From Octopus sinensis (taxonomy: Eukaryota): a stretch of DNA of 64,000 bases. This document shows positions 1 through 12,760 of this stretch, one piece after another (positions within the stretch are counted from its first letter, which is position 1; each line of letters opens with the position of its first letter). The notes beneath the pieces were generated by a model. That model was not told the origin of the DNA, did not search any database, and saw only the letters and a program-made list of their open reading frames with translations. The translations under genes were made by a program, and so were the position numbers. The stretch is from the NCBI RefSeq assembly GCF_006345805.1, contig NC_042997.1:180978001-181042000 (forward strand), in the 5' to 3' direction.

Positions 1-169
1 ATAGGCCTCCCCTTTGAGAAACACTGATTTAACTTAAATTTGAGACACCAGCAAAAGAAGAAATAAAGATAGACTTTTTTTTCTATTCCACGATTTTATT
101 CACACAAATATGCAACCGAAGAGGTTAAAGTACCAGTAATGATAAGGCTGTTGACTGGGAGAACACAAA

Positions 170-392
170 CATGGTTTAAATAGTAAGCTTGGCAGGAAAG
201 AAACGTGCACTTTCCCACGGCTTTATCGATCGCATTCTCACCTGGAATCGATTTTTGTAATTTTTTCAAGATTTATACACGCCCTGATATCGTCGGTATC
301 TACATATCAAATTTGAGCGCAATCGGATGGAGGATGCCCGAGATCCCAGAAGACACACACACACAGACGGACAGAACGGATTTTATATAGTG
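170..392 (+). mobile_element. Helentron-associated (HINE/DINE-1-like) non-autonomous element, 3' part
   Basis: 'caaatttgagcgcaatcggatg...', then (CA)n/(GACA)n and a 'ttttatatag' end, the usual HINE-like 3' layout. Confidence 0.4.
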
Positions 393-1625
393 GATTACTT
401 CAGCGTCCTCGCAAGAACGAAATATAAAGCCTCCGTAGAATTATAACCCTCTGGAATGCTTCCCTCCCGTCCCTCCCGGGGACTGATCCATTTAAATTCT
501 CATAAAACACCAAATTTGTCTATATCAGCAGTGTGGAATGATATCAGACAACCTCAAACTACCGCTTACTTTTCTTGGCATCTTATTTAAAATATATCAA
601 AACTCTTATTTGTCGGAATAATTGAAGACTTTTGTAAGTGGATACATGCATTTTATCAGAAATCATAAAAGCGATTATTTATTTGTGTTATCATAGTTCT
701 TCTCTATTCAGGCCATTTGACATACAACTACTAGTGAGATATGGTAAGATAGTTTATACTGATTATGAACAACTATATCGCGTAAACTTGAAATCATTTT
801 TTAAAGACGAAAACTATTTCAGCTGTGATCAGCTGTTGATACTCTAAAAAGAATTATGTAAAACTCATACCGGAATACTGCTTACATCTACGAGACGGTC
901 TTAATGTATTCGACCACCCATCATTTGTAGATTAAGTTTATTTAAGCTGTGTATCGTGAAACAAGAAAAGAAAGGGAAATTTTGCTATCTAGATAGGCAT
1001 AAACGAAAACATTCAGACATTGACTAATAGATATTCTCATATTTTCTTCAGATATTGTTTTTATTTTTGTCACTCATAAGATAAGGAGAATGTCGCGGAA
1101 ATGGTAACGATGATAAGGGTAGGAGGAACACAAGCAGAAGTGCAGGAGGACGACAACGTTGACAAAAAGGTCCATCAGCGCTGTCATGCGACGATGGCGG
1201 CTACGATGTTGTTGCTCAACCTGATGACTATAGATGACGGCAAGGATGATGATTTTAATGATAATAACGATGATGTTGGTGGGCGGTTATCAATTTTTCA
1301 CAAATGTATTTACGTTTTTCCATGCAATAAGTATACGTGTTTTTGCTAGATATGATAAGACGATAGGGCTTTCAGATACAACATTAAAACAACAAGCTGC
1401 CATTTTATAGCTAGGTTAAACAAATATTGATGCGGTCGTTCCCTACGAAATACACTGGATAGTGTTTCCTTTCAAGTGCTGCATATTCAAACGTAACACC
1501 ATATCTGATCTCTTTCTGAACCATTGAAATTAGTTTGCTTCTATTCCATTTACCTTTCTCGTCTTTCGTTCTTTCTTTTTAACAAATCTATATAATGCAT
1601 GCAGCATGCACTTACTCTCTTTTTC

Positions 1626-1631
1626 TCTTTC

Positions 1632-1668
<37 letters not shown>

Positions 1669-1746
1669 AACACAAGCTGTCTCTTTTCCTTTCGTTATGA
1701 ATATGTGTATGTATGTATGTATATGTGTGTGTATTGTATATATATA

Positions 1747-1808
<62 letters not shown>

Positions 1809-2172
1809 TTATATATATATTTATATAGATCAATAAATGGTGGGGTTGTATTGACCGCACGTGGAGAAATGATAAGTAACGAAAAATTATGATAAGTAAC
1901 GAAAAGCATTCTGCTTTTTTAAAAAAATTTTTCGTTACTTATATTTATATATATATATATATGTGTGTATGTATGTATGTATGTATGTATGTATGTATAA
2001 ATATGTGTGCATATGTACATACACACGCACACATATGTATACGTATGTGTGTGCATGAGCATGACGATACATTTATATATATATATATAGTGAAGTATAT
2101 TTGCCTCGCTCAGAGATTTATTATTGCTTATATATATACATACATTTATATATGTATGATATGTATGTGTGT

Positions 2173-2229
<57 letters not shown>

Positions 2230-2320
2230 CGAAGGATATAGACATACACCTGCACACACACACACTCACATACACGCACATGCGAACACACACGCACACG
2301 CGAACACACACACACACAAC
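1626..2320. repeat. compound microsatellite cluster (CT)n,(TA)n,(TATG)n,(GA)n,(CA)n
   Basis: directly visible. Confidence 0.95.
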
Positions 2321-2825
2321 ATGAATTGACATATAATAATTGCAGATATAAAATATGCTTATTCTGCTACGATCCAACCAGACCAGACCAGCTATCTGCG
2401 TATTTTGTCCATCAATCTTTTCAGCAGTGTGTGCCTGCCTGTCTGTCTGTTGTATATCCATTTCGTTATTACTCTACCATATCTATTTATCTTCACGTTT
2501 GTTTGGGTTTTTTTCTTTTTTTTTTCATTTAGCCAACTAACCAGTTCTCTTCCTTCGTTTCCCATGATATCGATACTATGTCAACAGTTCGAATGTGTCG
2601 CGATAACAGTTTATATAGCTATTCTATTTATTGAAAGAGAAAACAAAGCCATCAAAAGCATCAGATTGCAGTAGGAATGTTTACGCTTTGATTTATTTCG
2701 CGTTTCTCTTCTCGTTAAACATTGGAATCGCGCTAATATATTATCGTTTTAGGCAATAGTCATTTATAAGCTAAGCATTTGGGCTATGGATAAACATTTA
2801 AAAGGGTCAACATCAACAAGAGAAT

Positions 2826-2873
<48 letters not shown>

Positions 2874-3019
2874 GAAAGTGAAAGAGAAAGCGGGAAAGAG
2901 GGAGAGAGGGAGAGAGAGAGAACTATATACACGTGTGTGTTGCTTGGCATGCAATTAAGGTCTTATAGAATAGTGTAACCGTTTGTTAGTGCTTAAATTA
3001 TTTAGGACATTTTAAGCGA

Positions 3020-3245
3020 CGAACCGGTACAACTGTTAGTACGCCGGACAAAATGTTTGGTTACATTCCGTTTGTCTTTATGTTCTGAGCTGAAGTTCCA
3101 CCGAGGTCAATTTTGCCTTTCGTCCTTTCGGGGTCGATATGACACGATATGACAAGTAACAGTTGGGCACTGGTGTTGATATAATCGATTTACCTACCTC
3201 TCCCCTAAAAAAAAAATATGCTGGCCTTGTACCAACATTTGAAAT
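3020..3245 (+). mobile_element. degenerate tRNA-derived SINE with Meta-like core
   Basis: 'gaggtcaattttgcctttcgtcctttcggggtcgat' matches the core of the copy at 11161-11391. Confidence 0.75.
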
Positions 3246-4949
3246 TCTTATTAAGAATATGTCGACAATGGTAATATGTCGCACTCAAAGACCATACGTC
3301 TATGCACTAACCCCAATGAAATTCCATAATACTACATACCAGTAATTACTTAACAGTACTTAAATCATCTATATCCTCTTCACCAGATAATTCATATACG
3401 TGGCAATTAAATATCTTATGTACATATATGCAATTTTTTTTTGTTATAGGATAGAAGTAATCTCTTGGAGTTACCTGAGTAGGATTTTCCCGTTGGAAAT
3501 CAATTCTCCTCATGTTTACAACTAACATACATGTATCAATATTAGTCTATATGCAGTACGAGATTTAGACTTAGATATGTTATAATCTATATATCGTTAC
3601 TGAAATAAAGGCAAATCCTTAATCAAACCATGTACAATACAGGGAATGATAGTTAAAACGTTCTGAGTCAAACACATGCAGTTTTGACAACAAGAGAAAT
3701 TGAACTTGGCAGGTAAGCTAAGGAGTCACTTGTAAAACCAACAATGTATCGGTGCTTAAATGTTTACGAATTCAATTCCTTTACTTTACTGGATCAGCGA
3801 GAGGCCTGGAGGCTAATCAGCAATAAAAACATTCATTGTTTCAAATTCCTACACGTATTGATTTATTTTTCTAGGTCCGAGGTCCGAAGTGGTCTTTCTC
3901 AATGTAGGAACGAGTATGTATAATTGAATTGACCTAATTATATAACTGTCATTTATGATATCGATCAATGAAAATACATAAAGTGCACTCGCTTGCTTGA
4001 CATAGTTCCTATAAATAATGCTTGTTGATTGTTGATGTTGTTTTTGTTGCTGTGTATTTAGAGTACCTCAAATGAATGATGGCAATGGGATATTGTAATG
4101 ATAATTATTTTCCCAATAGCATTAGTATTGCAAATGAAGTGAAATGTTTCGTCTCGCGAATTCCGTTAGTAAAGAGCTTACCACTTGTTCTACGGCGCTT
4201 GCCACACATCTGCTCTAAATAATGAGCTTAAAAGTATATCGAACTATTTCTCATTCCAGCAGAAAAGCGGCTGTCAAACACAGTAATGCCTGAGACGTTA
4301 TAAATATGTTTGATTCGAAAATTCGTTCGGATTGAGTCAATATGTAAGAGATTTCACAGAGTACATTTGCACTTTAAAATACATCATTATTATATGGTTT
4401 AAGAAATACAATGATGGTGATTTTTCTTTTTGTCCTTTTCTTTTTTCTTTTTATTTTTTTTACACTTGGCATCTTGACAACATTGTTTGAAATTATACAG
4501 TAAATGGATCTGTTCTTAAAAATCCAGTATTAGCGCAAACACATACACATGTACGTATCCATCTGTGTGTCTGTATGAGTTTGCTGTAATGAATGCAAAA
4601 GTGTGTTCATACTGGTTTACTTTCGTGTAAAATACCAATGTGTTCCATATGCGCTCGCAAATATTTTCATAGAGCTAAAGTCTATGGTCATCTTATGCAC
4701 ATGCAACGTACGTTCAGAAAACATGTAGAAACAAAGCTTTCGTTACACATATGCAAAGTTCTTCTCGGATCATTGGGTCGATAGTTTCGTTTAGAATTGT
4801 GTAGGTGTATGTCTGAGCGGAGTTAAAGATCTTAATGTTTTCAGTTTTAAAGATATAATTCGCCGAATCACTCTAGCATCCGATTGGATTCCACCTGCGT
4901 AGTGAAGGAATGTGAACGATAAACTTGAAATAGCACTCACTTTTCTATA

Positions 4950-5068
4950 TTTAAGAGATGAGGAATTATGTACATTATTTACTTTATTTACATTATTTAC
5001 ATACGACAGATATTGTCCTCATCTTGTTTGTTGTTAACACAACGTTTCGGCTGATATACCCTCCAGCC
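4950..5068 (-). repeat. inverted copy of the 3' (hammerhead/PLE-type) end of the composite SINE
   Basis: reverse complement (ggctggagggtatatcagccgaaacgttgtgttaacaacaaacaagatgaggac...aatgtaaat) aligns to ~8407-8492. Confidence 0.8.
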
Positions 5069-5070
5069 AC

Positions 5071-5143
5071 GGGCATATGGCATAGTGGTTAAGAGCGCGG
5101 GCTACTAATCCCAAGATTCCGAGTTCGATTACAAGCAGTGACC
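5071..5143 (+). mobile_element. tRNA-derived SINE head (Pol III A and B boxes)
   Basis: A box TGGCATAGTGG at 5078, B-box-like GAGTTCGATT at 5121, tRNA-like spacing, imperfect stems, followed by (AAT)n. Confidence 0.75.
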
Positions 5144-5158
5144 TGAACAATAATAATG

Positions 5159-5214
<56 letters not shown>

Positions 5215-5215
<1 letters not shown>

Positions 5216-8200
5216 GGAACTAATAGCCACTGAAACAAAAAGCGATATCACTGAGCTAAATGACTTAGTATACGCAGCAGCCACTGCAGCCACAAAAGAA
5301 GCTGGATACTCATTCAAACCCATCCAAACAGGAGTACCACCACCCAAACAAACCCCGTGGATAAATAACATCCAAAACAAAATACAAAAAATGGGAATAG
5401 ATCTGTCGGTTCTTAAAGAAATCAGTAGACAATCAACGCTACTGAGCAACAAAAAGAGAACAAAAATACTCCGCAAATACAACACCACAGAAAAAGATTT
5501 ACCTGAGATAAATGAAAAGCTAAAGCAAGATATCCTTGCCAAAACACAAAGGATCCGCCGGTACGAGAAACGCCAACGTTTCTTTGAACAGAACAAAAAG
5601 TTCAACTCCAACCCCAAAAAGTTCTACCAGGAACTTGGCAAAAATAAAATAGAAATCACTGCAGCACCAACGGCAGAAGAAGTGGAAGAATTCTGGAGAG
5701 AAATATGGTCGGCGAACGAACAACCAAAAAAAGAAGTATTAAAACAACAAACTCAGCATCTGAGCAACTTTGGACCCTCATAACAACTGAAGAGGTCACC
5801 CAGGCACTGCAAAGACTAAGCAACTGGAAGGCACCTGGGCATGACAAGATCCCCAACTTCTGGTTGAAATATCTAACAGGAATGCACAAAAAGCTGGCTG
5901 AAAATTTTAACAACATACTGGCATAGCCAGAGACAATGCCTGAATGGCTCACGAAGGAGAAAACCATCTTAATTCCCAAATCCAATGAGACAGCAAAACC
6001 AGAAAACTACAGACCTATAACCTGTCTCCCTACAATGTACAAAGCATTTACTGCAGTAATATCGCAAAGAATGAACAAGCATCTGGACGAAAACAACCTG
6101 TTTCCAGAAGAGCAGAAAGGATGCCGCAAAGGATCATATGGCTGTGAAGATCAACTAAGGATCAATAAAGCCATGACTGAAGACAGCCACAGAAAGAAGA
6201 AAGGCCTCAGTATGGCCTGGTTCGACAACAAAAAGGCGTTTGATAGCATCCCCCACACATGGATTCTTGAAACACTAGCCATGAACAAAGTTGCACCAAC
6301 AATTATAAAGTACATAGGACATTCTATGAATAAATGGCAAACAGTGCTACAGCTCCAAACAAAAGAGGGACTTGTGAAAACCAAAGCCATCACCATTAGA
6401 AGAGGAATATTCTAGGGAGATACGCTCTCTCCACTCCTTTTCTGCTTGGCACTGTCACCTCTATTGGATATGCTAAACAGAACTGGATGCGGATATAAAT
6501 GTTACGGCAAAACGATCAGCCACCTTTTATATATGGATGACCTAAAACTATACGCTACAAATGACAAACAGCTGGAAACGCTACTAAAGACAGTTCATGG
6601 ATTTACGAAAGAAATAGATATGAAATTTGGATTAGAGAAAAACGCCAAAGTAACCCTGAAAAGAGGAAAACTAATTAAGAGTATCAACATCACACTAGAT
6701 AAAAGCAATGAAATAAAAGAATTAGACCAAAGCCAAACTTACAAATACTTAGGAATCCATGAACTAGATAAGACACAACACACACAAATGAAAGAGAAAA
6801 TAAAAAAAGAATATTATAGACGAGTTAGATCAATACTCAAAACAGAGCTCAATGCTAAAAACAAGATAATAGGTATCAACACGTTAGCCGTCCCAGCTAT
6901 AAGTTACAGCTACAATATCCTTAACTGGACACGAAATGAACTGACCAAAATAGATAGGAAAACAAAAAAAATAATGACAGGATCTAGGATGCATCACCCA
7001 AAATCTGACATAGAAAGGCTATATATACAACGTATAGAAGGTGGTAGAGGCTTTATACAGCTGGAAAACTACTATAAAATAACCACCATAGGACTTCAAA
7101 AATATCTACTTCAGAAGAATGGAAAACTGATACAAATAGCGGCAAAACACGAGCAAAACAAAACTGTTCTCAGTATTTAAGGAAGCTGACAAATACAAAC
7201 AAGAAATCATACCACCTAACAAATATGAAGAAGAAGAAGAAGAAGAAGAAGAAGAAGAAGAAGAAGAAGAAGAAGAAGAAGAAGAAAAGAAGAAGAAGAA
7301 GAAGAAGAAGAAGAAGAAGAAGAAGAAGAAGAAGAAGAAGAAGAAGAAGAAGAAGAAACAAAAGCTATAAAATAAATGAAATCCAAACTAAAAATAGAAC
7401 AGCAACGAACCATGATAAAACGATGGCAAGAAAAGCCACTTCATGCAAATACTGGACTAAACTAAATGCAAAAGAAATAGACAAAGAAAAATCCCAAAAA
7501 TGGTTGAGAAGCTCAGGGCTCAAAGCAGAGACAGAAGGATTTTTAATTGCAGCACAAGACCAAAGCCTCCCCACCAGAAATTACCAAAAACATGTAATGA
7601 AAAGAAATATAACAAGTAACTGCTGAATATGTGGAGATGGACAAGAAACAATAAATCATATTATCTCTAGCTGCCCAGTCCTGGCTAAGAAGGAATATAT
7701 TCACAGACACGACAGAGTTGGGACCTACATACACTGGAAACTATGCCAACATTATGGAATATCAACAGAAAAAAGATGGTATAGGCACACACCAGAAAAG
7801 GTCACAGAAAACGAGAAAGCAACCATACTCTGGGATATGCCAATACACACAGATAGAGAAATTAAGGCCAACAGACCAGATATAGTTGTCAGAGATCATG
7901 AAGAAGAAATAAAGTTTTCTAATTGATGTATCAATACCAGCGGATGACAACGTGTCTCTAAAAGAAATGGAGAAACTTTCAAAATACAAAGACCTGGATA
8001 TAGAGGTAACCAGAATGTGGAATCTAAAAACAGAAACAATTCCTATCATAATAGGTGCATTAGACATGATAAAAAAATATTCAGACAAATACATAACAAA
8101 AACACCAGGACTTACAAACACATATAACATACAGAAAATTGCACTACTAGGCACTGCACACATCCTACGCTGAACACTTTCCATACAATAACCATCAGAG

Positions 8201-8290
8201 CATCACAACAAGTCACAGCACATACCCAAGGCACACAGAGCTGCGCTCGGTAGTGAAGTGAAGGCACGATATAAAAATATACTACTGAAT
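5215..8290 (+). mobile_element. 5'-truncated R4/Dong-clade non-LTR retrotransposon (RT, CCHC, restriction-like endonuclease), with stops and frameshifts
   Basis: WKAPGHDKIPNFW, YRPITCL, EEQKGC, KKAFDSIPH, RRGIF*GDTLSP, HLLYMDDLKLY, C..C..ETINHIISSC, RHDRV, RPDIVV, EKLSKY; flanked on both sides by (AAT)n, the known Dong target. Confidence 0.92.
7227..7357 (+). repeat. (GAA)n expansion inside the LINE ORF
   Basis: about 43 GAA units with one register shift, between the RT and the zinc knuckle. Confidence 0.95.
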
Positions 8291-8360
<70 letters not shown>

Positions 8361-8363
<3 letters not shown>

Positions 8364-8492
8364 TCGAAAAATACCTTAGGAATGAAAGCCCAGAACAACT
8401 GAAGAAGTCTGGAGGTTAAATCAGCCGAAACAACAAAGAAGATGAAGATAAATATCCGTCGAATGTAAACAATGTAAATAATGTAAATAATG
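8361..8492 (+). mobile_element. 3' body of the composite SINE with degenerate hammerhead and (AATGTAAAT)n end
   Basis: CTGAAGA(8399)-agtctgg..cagcc-GAAAC(8427); mirrors 4950-5068. Confidence 0.65.
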
Positions 8493-9010
8493 AGCACTGA
8501 CTCTATTCTGTATAAGAGAACGATAACTTTACCCAAGAAATATACAATTATGTAGGAGAGCGATTCAGAGACTAAGGTAATTTTTATTTGCCTTACTTTT
8601 TAACATACTCTCATGTATATGTGTGTAAGTTTGTGTGTGTGTGTGTGTATGCGGATGGGGGTACTGCAATGGGAAATCAAAGAGATTTTGGCAACAGATT
8701 ACTATTGAAACGTGTGTAGTGATATCTTCAGCTACCCCTTTTTTTACTATGCATGTATGGTGTTTGCTTTATGTATGTATGTATGTATGTATGTATGTAT
8801 GTATGTATGTATTAGTGAATAGGGTTTTGCAAAATCCAGGTGAATATTTAGTCATAAGTCCATAAATGTCATGGTTAACAAGTAAGTTTGACAAAATCCA
8901 TATAATATTTCAGACTGTAAATCTAGGGATATGTACAGCTTTTGAAGTTGGTGCATTCATCGCAGAGAATAAACGTAAGCAGATTTAATATCCGTAATAG
9001 CATGAGTAAA

Positions 9011-9320
9011 TGTTGGGATTCTTATGAATGCCTTTCTCCTTAAGACTAAAAGTAAAACACTTAGCAGTTTTTCTAGGTAAAATTATTTGAGACCGTGAAC
9101 CTCAAATCAAGGAAATACGTTATTATCAATAATTCATACTGTGCTTCCGAACAAAGTGGGGCAACTGTTGGGATCCTTATGAATGCCTTTCTCCTTAAGA
9201 ATAACAGTAAAGCACTTAGCAGTTTTTCTAGGTAAAATTATTTGAGACCGTGAATCTCAAATCAAGGAAATACGTTATTGTTATCAATAATTCATACTGT
9301 GCTTCCGTACAAAGTTGGGC
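9011..9320. repeat. ~155-bp tandem duplication
   Basis: 9011-9162 and 9166-9320 nearly identical (tgttgggat..cttatgaatgcc...caaagt.gggc). Confidence 0.9.
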
Positions 9321-10063
9321 GTGGTTAGTTACAAACAATGTTCTATGGAGGTACGAGAGATGCTTAAATGAAGGATTAGTGAACCGCTATTGCGAGGACT
9401 ACAATAAAATATTCCTAAAAAAGTCTGTTTAACAAAGTTAATTGAGTCAAATAATGCTATAGATTGTATTCTTAATCTCAGCTTTAATGCGAACTTTATC
9501 ACTGATGAATCTATATAATGATCTCCATATGTTCAAATTTTCATACGGGACTAATCCATCTATATAGTTGCTTTGGAACTGATCACATTCTCTCTAATCA
9601 AACCCACTGATATTCTTATCTTCACTCTTTCACTTTCACTTTTATCGTGGTTTTCTCTTTATACATTTTATCATCCTATTAGTAGCACTATTCTACCAAT
9701 ATACAGTGGCGCACTGCTGTCTCTTTGAACAATTTCGTTTCTATTCCAAACTCATTATCTCTCCAACTTTAGCATAAATATATATACAACAAAATCGACA
9801 ATTCCTGGCATGTTATCATTTATGATCATAGTTTTCACAAATGTTTGAAAGTTGGGAAATTATAAGGTATTCTGTCTCCATAGTCCCCCTACTTAAGTGA
9901 ATTGTTGCTAGAAAAAGAACACTGTTTTTAATGAATTATTTTGTGTTGTCTCTACCCGCTCCTTTTTATCATATTTAACAGAATAAACTTTTTTCTATGA
10001 AAACCATTATCACTTTCACTATAACCAATGTCAATTGGTATGAGAAAATAACAAGTAGAACTT

Positions 10064-10497
10064 TACTCTCCTCACTCTTTTACTAGTTTCAGTCATTTGA
10101 CTGCTGCCATGCTGGAGCACCGCCTTTAGTCGAGCAAATCGACCCCAGGACTTATTCTTTGTAAACCTAGTACTTATTATATCGGGCTCTTTTGCCGATC
10201 CACTAAGTTACGGGGACATAAACACACCAGCATCGGTTTTCAAGTGACGTTGGGGGGACAAACACAGACACACAAACATATACACACACACATACATATA
10301 TATAATATACATATATATATATATATACACGACGGGCTTCTTCCAGTTTCCGTCTACCAAATCCACACACAAGGTTTTGGCCGGCCCGAGGCTATAGTAG
10401 AAGACATTTGCCCAAGGTGCCACGCAGTGGGACTGGACCCAGAACCATGTGCGGTTGGTAAGCAAGCTACTTACCACACAAGCCACTTCTGCGCCTA
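10064..10497 (-). mobile_element. tRNA-derived SINE with internal microsatellite
   Basis: minus-strand head aggcgcagaagtggcttgtgtggtaag...ccttgggcaaat and tail ggtgctccagcatggc..gtcaaatgactgaaac; same family at 54226-55265. Confidence 0.8.
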
Positions 10498-10554
10498 TAT
10501 CTGTATTCTTTAACTCAAGTAGGAGGTTTCGATCTATATTAGCTTAATCTCACT

Positions 10555-10919
10555 AAATGGAGTATCAACGGTGATTAGGCTGAATTTAAATAGAAATATT
10601 TCAATATATTTTAGAATTCAATACTTTGAAATTGTCTCTTATTTGTTACTTAGTTAACTTATAGTCAAACGTTACCAGATGACTAGCATAACGCTATTGA
10701 TCCGTCACCAACCTCAGTACCGTATTCTGCTAACCATTGCAATATTTAAACTTTGAACTGACTTCTTATCTCGACACAATATCAGAAAGTTTGTGAAATA
10801 AAAAATAAAAAAAACATGTAAATGATTCAATGAGAACTGAAACTACATCGTAGCTTTAGCTCATCTGTGCTCTACATAGTACACAATACATAGCCTTAAA
10901 CATAAATTAAATGTTGCTA
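10555..10919. repeat. inverted duplicate of 13103-13423 plus 13753-13796
   Basis: near-identical reverse complement, read directly. Confidence 0.9.
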
Positions 10920-11160
10920 AGGATTCTTACAATATCTTGGTCCACCATAGCTCCCTCCTGCGTGGAGAGGTTGTAGGCCAAAATTTACAAGGATACTGGA
11001 TGTGCAAGTGGTATTTCTTGGAGAAAGATTTCCAGGTGCCATTCAAATTTTATGAGATGTATTTATTCTTTTCTTGAAAACAATATTAAATAATGCTGAA
11101 CTATTTAAGGTGAAAAATACTGTTTCCCAAAGGTTGTTATATGATACAATATACAATAGA

Positions 11161-11391
11161 AGGCGGTGAGCTGGCAGAAACATTAGCACGCCGGGCGAAA
11201 TACGTAGCCGTATTTCGTCTGCCGTTACGTTCTGAGTTCAAATTCCGCCGAGGTCGACTTTGCCTTTCATCCTTTCGGGGTAGATAAATAAAGTACCAGT
11301 TACGCACTGGGGTCGATGTAATCGACTTAATCCCTTTGTCTGTCCTTGTTCGTCCCCTCTATGTTTAGCCCCTTGTGGGCAGTAAAGAAAT
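11161..11391 (+). mobile_element. full-length tRNA-derived SINE with Meta-like core
   Basis: head aggcggtgagctggcag..., B box gagttcaaattcc, core gactttgcctttcatcctttcgggg..gataaataaagtaccag, tail ..gtaaagaaata. Confidence 0.85.
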
Positions 11392-11789
11392 ATATATGAT
11401 ACAAATTTGATTTCTGTGTGGGAGAAATACGGCCCGAGGGTCAAGCGCTAGGTGTTTTTCCGTCTTGATTCCTACTTTATATAGTGGAAATTGTCCATGG
11501 AATATTGTCTACGCTGTACAATATTCAGCGGAGTTCGACAGAATTGAGCTTGGGTCTATTGAGGTAACCACAGTGATCAAAGCTTGTCATGCCATTTTTT
11601 TAAATTTTAATGTTTTTTATTTTTATCTATGTATTTATGTATTTTGTAATTCACTTCAAGTATACCTCAATTCTCATATTAGTGTGTGTGGAAACGGAAA
11701 GAAGACAAAGATGATATTATCAGGATCTTTAAAACGGGATGTCTGAAGCATTTAAGAGCATCTTTTGTAGATCATAGTGACTTTATTTT

Positions 11790-12760
11790 ATGCACTTTAC
11801 ATTAGATTCATGTCGAAAGTTACATCTAAGTATCTGATACTATTACTTACGAAGCGTTCCCACTGAAGGTAAATATGACTGCTTATAGGCATCCTGTTTT
11901 CCAAAACGAATAAGCAAACATATGTTTTTGTGTCTGACTTCTTCATAAATATGTTTTGATCTTTTGGGTGCGGGTGAGCTGCCTATTAAATCCTTGTAAA
12001 AGAGCAACAGAAAGCAATCCTTCTTTATGTCTTTGATTCAAAGTGAACTCAGGTTTCACAATTGCCAGTGAAGATGTTGCATCTTGGAAAATAGTTAACG
12101 TCAAAATGTTACAGACTATTTTGAGCAAACTTTAACAAACTACAGAAACAAGCGTTATATTTCTGAATTATTTAGAAATATGCTGCATACTTCTTAATGG
12201 TATTAAGTGGGACTTAATTGATGCTACAGTATGTTTGAAACTTTTAATGTTTTGAGACAATGAGTACGCATATGAATTCTCTTCTGAAAACGTTGAATCT
12301 TACCGCATTCAGGAATTATGAAACAGCTCTTTGGTTTCCATTTTCTATAGTATCAAAAAAATTCAACACAAATTTTTCAGATGAATGAACATCTATATAT
12401 AACAGTGAAACTTTCCAGCTGATCCATTGCATCTTTTTCGCTTCATAGTGTAAGATATGCACACCAATCCGTCCAATCCAGCGAATCAAGGAAACATCCA
12501 CAGAGATTATGAACTCACGAACATTGACTTAGTCCAATACATTTTCCACTCGTCAATTACACTTGGGTAAAAATTCTATACTTCTAAATATATTTTCCCC
12601 AGTAATTATGATGGCTTTTAAATTTAATAGGATGTCCTCTTTCTCGAATTTACAGTCTCGCTGTAAAAAAGAAGACATTTTTGATTTTTTAATTTTCGTT
12701 CTAAATTTATTCTTGCTAGAAAATTTCCATATTACCTTGTTGATTTTAAAATCCAACAAT
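11790..12760 (-). mobile_element. possible ancient LINE reverse-transcriptase remnant
   Basis: weak motifs LNFFDTIENGNQRAV and SIRYLDVTFDMNL resemble LINE RT subdomains; heavily decayed. Confidence 0.25.

Noticed and set aside
1595-2461. ORFs rich in YI/CV/LS repeats (also near 16.5, 29.5, 35, 43.2, 49.7, 56, 58.7 and 60.7 kb)
   Set aside because: stop-free translations of microsatellites, with no domain signal
5071-5143. functional tRNA gene
   Set aside because: acceptor and T stems pair poorly and the sequence runs into (AAT)n and a repeat body; better explained as a SINE head
7225-7626. poly-K/poly-R protein
   Set aside because: off-frame reading of the (GAA)n tract inside the LINE
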